Shown here one piece after another: positions 15,826-22,370 of a stretch of DNA of 22,370 nt (position 1 is the stretch's first letter; every line of letters begins with the position of its first letter). The stretch comes from Clostridium sp. CAG:167. GTDB lineage: Bacteria; Bacillota; Clostridia; Lachnospirales; Lachnospiraceae. The notes below the pieces were generated by a model. It did not search any database, was not told where the DNA came from, and worked only from the letters and a program-made list of their open reading frames with translations. The stretch lies in assembly GCA_000433735.1 (NCBI GenBank), contig HF998339.1, positions 12,667 to 35,036 on the forward strand. Direction: 5' to 3'. The translations under genes were made by a program, and so were the position numbers.

Positions 15826-16680
15826 ATGGCAGGCATGTTGTACTTGTGTGCGACGCCCATTGGGAATCTGGAAGATATAACGCTGCGGGTCCTGCGGATC
15901 CTGCAGGAGGCAGATGTGATTGCGGCGGAGGATACCAGGCAGACCAGAAAACTGCTGACTCATTATGAGATCCGGACGCCGCTGACCAGTTACCATGAAC
16001 ACAACAAAATGGAAAAAACACCGGTCCTTATTAAGAGGATGCTGGAAGGAGAGACCATAGCACTGGTAACGGATGCCGGAACACCGGCTATTTCAGATCC
16101 CGGTGAAGATCTGGCCAGAGCGTGTTATGAGGCAGGGATCCAGGTTACTTCCCTGCCGGGACCGGCGGCGGTGATCACGGCGTTGACTCTTTCAGGCATG
16201 AAAGCGAGAAGATTTACTTTTGAAGGGTTCCTGCCCGCAGATAAAAAGGAGCGGGAAAGTGTGCTGGCACGGCTGGCTGACACCACCTGTACTACCGTTT
16301 TTTATGAGGCACCCCACAGGCTGTTAAAAACGCTGGAAGTGCTGGAAGGCGTTGTAGGGGGCCAGAGGAAAATTGCTGTCTGCAAGGAGCTGACAAAGAA
16401 ACACGAAAAAGCATTGCATTTTACCATGGAGGAGGCACTGGCTTTTTATACAGAGAATCCGCCAAGAGGTGAATTTGTCCTGGTACTGGATGGGGCCGAT
16501 GAGGAGAAACTGCGGGAAGAAAGACAGGATCAGTGGAAGGAAATTCCGCTGACAGAGCATATGCATCAGTATCTTGACCAGGGAATGGACAAAAAAAGTG
16601 CCATGAAGCAGGTGGCGAAGGACCGGGGCGTATCCAAAAGGGATGTATATAACGCTCTGTTAAAGGACAAAGAAAACTAA
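15826..16680 (+). CDS. rsmI: 16S rRNA (cytidine1402-2'-O)-methyltransferase
   Basis: 284-aa ORF with motifs ATPIGNLEDITLR, AAEDTRQTRKLL and TDAGTPAISDPG. Confidence 0.95.
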   Translation: MAGMLYLCATPIGNLEDITLRVLRILQEADVIAAEDTRQTRKLLTHYEIRTPLTSYHEHNKMEKTPVLIKRMLEGETIALVTDAGTPAISDPGEDLARACYEAGIQVTSLPGPAAVITALTLSGMKARRFTFEGFLPADKKERESVLARLADTTCTTVFYEAPHRLLKTLEVLEGVVGGQRKIAVCKELTKKHEKALHFTMEEALAFYTENPPRGEFVLVLDGADEEKLREERQDQWKEIPLTEHMHQYLDQGMDKKSAMKQVAKDRGVSKRDVYNALLKDKEN

Positions 16681-16693
16681 AAGGAGAAGGAAG

Positions 16694-18208
16694 ATGGCAG
16701 TAAAAATTATACTTTTGATCCTGTTTTTCGGGGTCATGATGGGAATTGGAGTCTATGCGAGAAAACATGCAACAGATGTAAATGGATTTGTATTGGGAGG
16801 ACGGTCGGTGGGCCCGTGGCTGACGGCGTTTGCCTATGGAACCTCTTATTTCTCAGCCGTTGTATTTGTAGGATATGCCGGACAGTTTGGATATAAATAT
16901 GGTCTGGCATCTACCTGGATCGGTATTGGGAATGCAGTACTTGGTTCGCTGGTGGCCTGGGTAGTTTTAGGACGGCGCACCCGGATCATGAGTAAGCATC
17001 TGGGCTCTATGACCATGCCGGACTTTTTTGGTAAAAGGTATGACAGCCAGAGCCTGCGGATCGCGGCATCGGTGATCGCATTTATTTTTCTGATCCCATA
17101 CACGGCGTCGGTATACAACGGACTTTCCTACCTGTTCGGTATGGCATTTGATGTAGATTTCCGGATCTGTGTGGTAGTAATGGCGGTGCTGACAGGTGTG
17201 TATGTGATCATAGGTGGATATATGGCTACTGCATGGAATGACTTGATCCAGGGAATCATCATGCTGTTTGGTATCGTAGCGGTGATCGCAGCCGTACTCA
17301 GCGGACACGGTGGATTTATGGCGGCGGTCAAGGAACTGGCACAGGTGCCAAGCTCGGTTATGCCGGGAGCGTACGCTTCCTTTCTGGGACCGGATCCGGC
17401 CAACTTGTTTGGTGTAGTGATCCTTACTTCTCTGGGAACCTGGGGACTGCCTCAGATGATCCAGAAGTTCTATGCCATTAAAGACGAAAAGGCAGTACAT
17501 ACGGGAACCATCATTTCTACCTTGTTTGCCATTGTAGTATCCGGCGGATGCTATTTCCTGGGCGGCTTCAGCCGGATCTCCGGTGTAAAAGAAGCAGTGG
17601 ATGGAACGGTAAAATACGACACCATCATTCCTACTATGCTGTCCTCTCTGCCGGACATCCTGATCGGAATTGTGATCGTGCTGGTTTTGTCGGCGTCCAT
17701 GTCTACTTTATCCAGCCTGGTGCTGACTTCCAGTTCCACGTTGACACTGGATTTTATCAAGCCTCTTTTTGTGAAAAAAATGAATGAGAAACAGCAGTTA
17801 GTATGGATGCGTGTGCTGCTGGCAGGTTTTATCCTGATCTCTGTTGTGATCGCACTGGATCCTCCGGCCTTTATCGCCCAGCTTATGGGTATTTCCTGGG
17901 GCGCACTGGCAGGAGCGTTTCTGGCACCGTTTTTATATGGACTGTACTGGAAAGGGGTTACCAGAGCAGCGGTCTGGGCCAGCTTTATCTGTGGCGTGGG
18001 GATCACAGTGGCAAATATGTTTTTCCGGTTTATCGCATCACCCATCAACGCCGGAGCCTTCGCCATGGTGGCAGGACTTGTGATCGTACCGGTGGTAAGT
18101 CTGATCTCGCCAAAACTGAAAAAAGAGACAGTAGAGGATGTGTTCCATTGTCTGGAAGAAAAAGTAATGGTAGAGCAGAAACTGGCACTGCCGGAAGAGG
18201 AAGAATAG
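16694..18208 (+). CDS. Sodium:solute symporter (SSF) family transporter
   Basis: 504-aa polytopic membrane protein. The N-terminal layout (…GFVLGGRSVGPWLTAFAYGTSYFSAVVFVGYAG…) is typical of PanF/PutP-like SSF carriers. Substrate is not inferable. It starts 13 nt after rsmI. Confidence 0.85.
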   Translation: MAVKIILLILFFGVMMGIGVYARKHATDVNGFVLGGRSVGPWLTAFAYGTSYFSAVVFVGYAGQFGYKYGLASTWIGIGNAVLGSLVAWVVLGRRTRIMSKHLGSMTMPDFFGKRYDSQSLRIAASVIAFIFLIPYTASVYNGLSYLFGMAFDVDFRICVVVMAVLTGVYVIIGGYMATAWNDLIQGIIMLFGIVAVIAAVLSGHGGFMAAVKELAQVPSSVMPGAYASFLGPDPANLFGVVILTSLGTWGLPQMIQKFYAIKDEKAVHTGTIISTLFAIVVSGGCYFLGGFSRISGVKEAVDGTVKYDTIIPTMLSSLPDILIGIVIVLVLSASMSTLSSLVLTSSSTLTLDFIKPLFVKKMNEKQQLVWMRVLLAGFILISVVIALDPPAFIAQLMGISWGALAGAFLAPFLYGLYWKGVTRAAVWASFICGVGITVANMFFRFIASPINAGAFAMVAGLVIVPVVSLISPKLKKETVEDVFHCLEEKVMVEQKLALPEEEE

Positions 18209-18223
18209 AGTTTATCAAAGAAG

Positions 18224-19420
18224 GTGAAAGATTTGATCCGCAGACTGGTTATGTTTACCAACGGAATCGAAACACTGTGGTACTTTAGTGTAAAAATGGG
18301 AGCCACATTTGAAAAACTGGGATATGAAGTGTTTTATTTTGACCAGTGTAAAGAGTATGACAGCTTGTCAAAACTGATGGCCTTTGCCGTTCCCGGCATA
18401 ACGGCGGCAGTTAGTTTTAACTTTGAAGGCTGCAGTGGAGAGTCCTATTTGACGGATGCAAAGGGCATTAACTTTTTTGAAGCAAGGAACATACCTTTTA
18501 TCAACATTGTGGTGGATCATCCGTTTTATTACCACAAATTTGTTCCTTATCTGCCAAAGGATTATCAGCAGATTTCCATTGACCGAGAGCATGAAAGATA
18601 TCTGAAAAAGTACTTTCCGGAGATCAAAAGAGGACCATTTTTGCCATTGGCAGGCACTTCCTTATGGAAAAAAGACACACTGCCATCCTGGGACGAGCGG
18701 CCTTATGATGTGGTTTTTACCGGAAATTATACGCCGCCGGGGAATTTTGACAAAGTGATCCGGCGGATCAATGATGAATATACTCGGTTTTATATGGGAA
18801 TCATACAGGATTTCATAGAGCATCCCCACATGGAAATGACAGAAGGGATCGTGAAACATCTTCGTAACGAGGTGGAGGATATAACAGAAGAGGGCATTAA
18901 GGAGAATCTGCCCAACATGATTATGATCGATCTGTATGTACGCCATTATTTCCGGGGAGAAGTGGTAAAGACACTGGTGGATGCCGGATTGAAAGTTGCC
19001 TGCTTTGGGGCAGGATGGGATCTGCTTGACTGCCGCCATCCGGAGAACATCATCAATGGCAGGCTGCAGGATTCATATGGATGCCTCAAGGCCATTAGTC
19101 AGGCCAAGATTTCCCTGAATGTGATGCCTTGGTTTAAGGAAGGGGCCCACGACCGCGTCTTTAATTCTATGCTAAACGGGGCTGTATGTTTCACGGACTG
19201 GAGCCTCTATTTTGAAGAGAACATGAAAGTGGGCGAGGATCTCTGTATCTACGAACTGGACAAACTGGAGGAATTGCCGGAGAGGATAAAGCTGCTGCTT
19301 GGCGACCGGGAAAAATGGGAGCATATACAGCAGACTGCCTATGAAACAGCGGCAGAAAGCCATACCTGGGCCCACCGGGCGAGACGGATACACGAAGAAA
19401 TACTTTGCAAGATAAAATAA
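18224..19420 (+). CDS. CgeB-like glycosyltransferase-family protein (Glyco_trans_1_2-type C-terminus)
   Basis: 398-aa ORF. The C-terminal segment KISLNVMPWFKEGAHDRVFNSMLNGAVCFTD...LLLGDREKWEHIQQTAYETAAESHTWAHRARRI resembles the CgeB/DUF3880-associated GT domain. The start is uncertain: GTG 18224, TTG 18233 (AAGGTGA 5 nt upstream) or ATG 18251. Confidence 0.7.
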   Translation: MKDLIRRLVMFTNGIETLWYFSVKMGATFEKLGYEVFYFDQCKEYDSLSKLMAFAVPGITAAVSFNFEGCSGESYLTDAKGINFFEARNIPFINIVVDHPFYYHKFVPYLPKDYQQISIDREHERYLKKYFPEIKRGPFLPLAGTSLWKKDTLPSWDERPYDVVFTGNYTPPGNFDKVIRRINDEYTRFYMGIIQDFIEHPHMEMTEGIVKHLRNEVEDITEEGIKENLPNMIMIDLYVRHYFRGEVVKTLVDAGLKVACFGAGWDLLDCRHPENIINGRLQDSYGCLKAISQAKISLNVMPWFKEGAHDRVFNSMLNGAVCFTDWSLYFEENMKVGEDLCIYELDKLEELPERIKLLLGDREKWEHIQQTAYETAAESHTWAHRARRIHEEILCKIK

Positions 19421-19433
19421 AATGATATATAAT
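19405..19433 (+). promoter_or_regulatory. Near-consensus sigma-A promoter for the PAS/GGDEF-like gene
   Basis: TTGCAA at 19405-19410, a 17-nt spacer, then TATAAT at 19428-19433. It overlaps the end of the upstream CDS. GGAGGTGA lies 4 nt before ATG 19460. Confidence 0.55.
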
Positions 19434-19459
19434 GTGCACAGACTGCAGGAGGTGAAGGG

Positions 19460-20749
19460 ATGTACAAGCAGGAAGAGACAACGGCCGAATTAATAGAATC
19501 CTTTCAGCCGTTTATGGATACATTTGGAAATCTGATCCAGGGAGGCATCGGTATTTTTGAGGTGCAGGGTGACGAGATTCGGACTGTTTATATTAACGAA
19601 GGTGCTTATGCACTGATTTTTGGAAAAAAGGCGGAGCAGTATGAGCCTAAGCGCATCAATCTGCGGCATATCGTGTCCCAGAAAGACTATGATCATATAC
19701 TGCAGCTTACGAAACAGATGATCAAAAAAAACGGTATTATGGATAGTTTTGTGAATTATGATATGCCGGGACAGGCTGCCGGACGGATCTGGATCCGTGG
19801 CAGACTCATTGAAAGCCGTGGAGATGTGAATGTTTTGGCGGCTTTGATCCAGGATGTGTCCCGTCTGCAGAAACTGGAGACGGAACTGGCTATTCAGAAT
19901 GAGAGGTATCGTCTGCTGGAAGAGACTTCCAATGAGATTTTGTTTGAAGTTGATTTTGATAAAGATACTATGTGTTATTCGTTTAAAGAAATGGACGGAG
20001 AACTGATTCGTAAAAGGATTGCCCACTATTCCAGGGAACTTAAGAATAATCCAATTATCCATCCGGATTTCATGGATGAGTTTATAGGGCATCTGGAAGA
20101 GGCAAGAAGGCATAAGACCCGGGGAAGTTTTGAGTATTTAAGTAGTATATCCGGACATGGATATGAGTGGCATCATATTGTCTATAATAGTATTGCAGAT
20201 GAAAGTGGAAATATTAAGCGGGTTGTGGGAAGAATCCGAAATATACATGACGAAGTACTTAGCCGGAAGGCGGCAGAAAGCCAGCAGCCGGCACTGCAGA
20301 ATGTGTATCATGGAATCAAAAACCAGATTGAGAACCGGATTGCTGTATCAGAACTGGATGACTGTCATGAGCTGGTGCTGATCGCGGTCGATCATTTTCG
20401 TAGTATTGTGAAGAATAATGGCGTGGCCTGTGGTGATGTAGTTATGAATTGTCTTATTGATCTGATTGATATCCGGCTGGGGTCCCAGTGTATTTTTGAT
20501 CAGATAGAAGATGGCAAAATGATGCTGTATTTTAACAATGCACAGCCGGAAGAAATTGATGATGCTATTCTTCATATTTTAGATGACATGGAAAAGAAAA
20601 AATACCAGATTGCAGATCTTACTACTACCTGCAGCGGAGCAGCTGTTGTGCGGCAGGGGGCAGTGGATGTTGTCAGTTTCATGGATGAGGCCGAAGAGGC
20701 ACTGCATCTTGCAAAGATAACCAAAGGCAGACGATATATTCGTATATAG
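19460..20749 (+). CDS. Cytoplasmic PAS-PAS protein with degenerate GGDEF domain
   Basis: 429-aa ORF with no hydrophobic segment. There are two PAS-like units (about aa 20-135 and 150-265). The C-terminal domain aligns by eye to GGDEF (VLIAVDHFRSIVKNNGVACGDVV…, …LHLAKITKGRR), but EDGKM (nt 20507-20521) stands where GG(D/E)EF is expected. Confidence 0.75.
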   Translation: MYKQEETTAELIESFQPFMDTFGNLIQGGIGIFEVQGDEIRTVYINEGAYALIFGKKAEQYEPKRINLRHIVSQKDYDHILQLTKQMIKKNGIMDSFVNYDMPGQAAGRIWIRGRLIESRGDVNVLAALIQDVSRLQKLETELAIQNERYRLLEETSNEILFEVDFDKDTMCYSFKEMDGELIRKRIAHYSRELKNNPIIHPDFMDEFIGHLEEARRHKTRGSFEYLSSISGHGYEWHHIVYNSIADESGNIKRVVGRIRNIHDEVLSRKAAESQQPALQNVYHGIKNQIENRIAVSELDDCHELVLIAVDHFRSIVKNNGVACGDVVMNCLIDLIDIRLGSQCIFDQIEDGKMMLYFNNAQPEEIDDAILHILDDMEKKKYQIADLTTTCSGAAVVRQGAVDVVSFMDEAEEALHLAKITKGRRYIRI

Positions 20750-20764
20750 TGAATGGAGGTTTCA

Positions 20765-22370
20765 ATGGCAAAGAGTAAAAAGATAAAGAAACATAGAAAA
20801 TTCTGGCTGGTTGTAAAGATCCTTATTTTGGTCATTCTTCTGACTGTGCTTGGGGGCGGCTTGTTTTTGTACCTCAAATACGGCGACGAAGTGATCGGTA
20901 TGCAGCAGGAAGCGAAAGAACTTGTTGCCCAGTCTACGGAAGATACATTCCGCAGTTCTGAAACTACCATAGCCTATACAAAAAAAGGCAAGCAGCTGGC
21001 CGTACTGAAAGGCGATAAAGATGCCTATTATCTCACTATCGATAAAATTCCTAAATATGTGCAGGATGCATTCCTTGTAACAGAAGACAAGAAGTTTTAT
21101 CAGCACGATGGAATTGATATGAAAGGAATCTTTCGTGCTGCCGTAGCGCTGATTAAAAATAACGGAGAAAAGAAACAGGGTGCCTCTACCATTACCCAGC
21201 AGCTGGCACGAGGTGTTTTTTTGAACACGGACAAGACCTATGAGCGAAAGATCAAGGAGATTTTTATCGCCCGGGAATTGGAGAAAAAATATTCAAAAAC
21301 AAAAATTTTAGAGTTTTACTTAAACTCCGTATATTTTGCCAATGGATATTATGGAATCGAGGCGGCAGCCAAAGGGTATTTCAGCAAGAGCTGTCAGGAT
21401 CTGTCTCTGGCCCAGATTTGCTTCCTGTGTTCGATCCCTAACAACCCTAATCTCTATAATCCGGAAAAGAATATGGACAACACGCTGAAGCGTAAAAACC
21501 GTATTCTGGATCAGATGCTGTCGGACGGCGTGATCAACCAGGTAGAGTATGATGAAGCCTATAATGAAGAGATTAAGCTTAATATACAGAAGGTAACAAA
21601 GAGAAACTACATCCAGACTTTTATAACCAATTCAGCAACCAAGGCGCTGATGAAATACAATGGATTTGATTTCCAGTATTCCTTTAGTTCAGACAGTAAG
21701 AAAAAGGACTACGAGGAAGAATATGAAGATGCCTATGCAACAGCGCAGCAGATGCTTTTAAATAAAGGATACAGGATTTACACATCCATTAATCTTACTA
21801 AGCAGAAACAACTGCAGAAGGCAGTGGACGATAATCTGGCATCCTTTAAGGAAAAAACAGATGACGGCGTATACAAAATGCAGGGATCGGCAGTCAGTAT
21901 TGACAATAAGACCGGCCGAGTGGTGGCCATCGTAGGCGGCCGCAGCCAGGAAACGGAAGGGTACTCCCTGAATCGTGCCTATCAGTCGTTCCGTCAGCCG
22001 GGAAGTTCCATCAAACCACTAGTCGTATATACCCCGACTCTGGAGCGGGGCAGTACCGCCAGGACTACGGTATACGACCATAAATTCAATGGAGGTCCGT
22101 CAAACTCCGACGGCCGCTACTATGGTTATGTGTCACTGCGGTTTGCAGTAGAACATTCCCTGAATACGGTGGCATGGCAGTTGTTTGATAAATTGACACC
22201 GGAAGTTGGTCTTGGTTATCTGCAGGAAATGCATTTTACCAAGCTCGTTAAATCCGATTATCATGATTCGGCGGCACTGGGGGGACTTACCTATGGTGCC
22301 AGTTCGCTGGAGATGGCTTCCGCTTATGCTACGCTGGCCAATGACGGTAAGTTCAGAGAACCTACCTGTA
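20765..22370 (+). CDS. Class A penicillin-binding protein (GT51 transglycosylase + transpeptidase), 3' end outside the window
   Basis: Not in the ORF track because no stop occurs before the window edge. GGAGG at 20755-20759 lies 5 nt before ATG 20765. There is an N-terminal TM anchor (FWLVVKILILVILLTVLGGGLFLY). GT51 motifs are EDKKFYQHDGID, GASTITQQLAR and RKIKE. Transpeptidase motifs are SxxK (SSIK, 22004-22015) and SxN (SLN, 22157-22165). Confidence 0.93.
   Translation, partial: MAKSKKIKKHRKFWLVVKILILVILLTVLGGGLFLYLKYGDEVIGMQQEAKELVAQSTEDTFRSSETTIAYTKKGKQLAVLKGDKDAYYLTIDKIPKYVQDAFLVTEDKKFYQHDGIDMKGIFRAAVALIKNNGEKKQGASTITQQLARGVFLNTDKTYERKIKEIFIARELEKKYSKTKILEFYLNSVYFANGYYGIEAAAKGYFSKSCQDLSLAQICFLCSIPNNPNLYNPEKNMDNTLKRKNRILDQMLSDGVINQVEYDEAYNEEIKLNIQKVTKRNYIQTFITNSATKALMKYNGFDFQYSFSSDSKKKDYEEEYEDAYATAQQMLLNKGYRIYTSINLTKQKQLQKAVDDNLASFKEKTDDGVYKMQGSAVSIDNKTGRVVAIVGGRSQETEGYSLNRAYQSFRQPGSSIKPLVVYTPTLERGSTARTTVYDHKFNGGPSNSDGRYYGYVSLRFAVEHSLNTVAWQLFDKLTPEVGLGYLQEMHFTKLVKSDYHDSAALGGLTYGASSLEMASAYATLANDGKFREPTC

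Noticed and set aside
17551-18306. 251-aa minus-strand ORF and 161-aa alternative-frame + ORF (17803-18288) over the symporter 3' half
   Set aside because: The products are Ser/Thr-rich or Gly/Arg-rich translations opposite to, or out of frame with, a clear polytopic SSF transporter. There are no initiation signals.
1-22370. CRISPR arrays, tRNA/rRNA genes, transposases/integrases, prophage or known defence-system genes
   Set aside because: Reading both strands showed no regularly spaced repeats, no cloverleaf-like or rRNA-like segments, and no ORF with recombinase, nuclease or defence ATPase motifs. The only repeats are the short palindromes and hairpins listed above.

Overview
This window is a Firmicutes/Clostridia-type chromosomal core region, possibly Lachnospiraceae-like; that placement is inferred from gene content and synteny only. 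Nearly every gene is on the + strand and packing is tight. Two conserved housekeeping blocks known from Bacillus subtilis are present. The first is metG-tatD(yabD)-rsmA(ksgA). The second is yaaO-like decarboxylase, kinase, yaaR, holB, ricT(yaaT), yabB-like methyltransferase and rsmI. Lineage-specific genes sit between and after these blocks:
- a lipoprotein
- a small minus-strand Arg-rich protein
- an 843-aa membrane-anchored orphan abutting cdd and an RsmF-like methyltransferase
- an AT-rich cassette of two DUF4190-type membrane proteins
- a sodium:solute symporter
- a CgeB-like glycosyltransferase
- a PAS-PAS-degenerate-GGDEF protein
- the 5' part of a class A penicillin-binding protein

The window starts inside an ABC ATPase gene. 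I found no rRNA, tRNA, CRISPR array, transposase, integrase or recognisable defence-type enzyme, and no convincing novel multi-gene system. The best leads are four:
- the 260-nt structured spacer at 9606-9824, with palindromic back-to-back promoters and an orphan minus-strand promoter/terminator pair
- the DUF4190 cassette
- the 843-aa orphan with a papain/C39-like C-terminal module that lacks the expected His
- the degenerate GGDEF protein coupled to the PBP gene

All family assignments come from motif recognition by eye. No database search was run.
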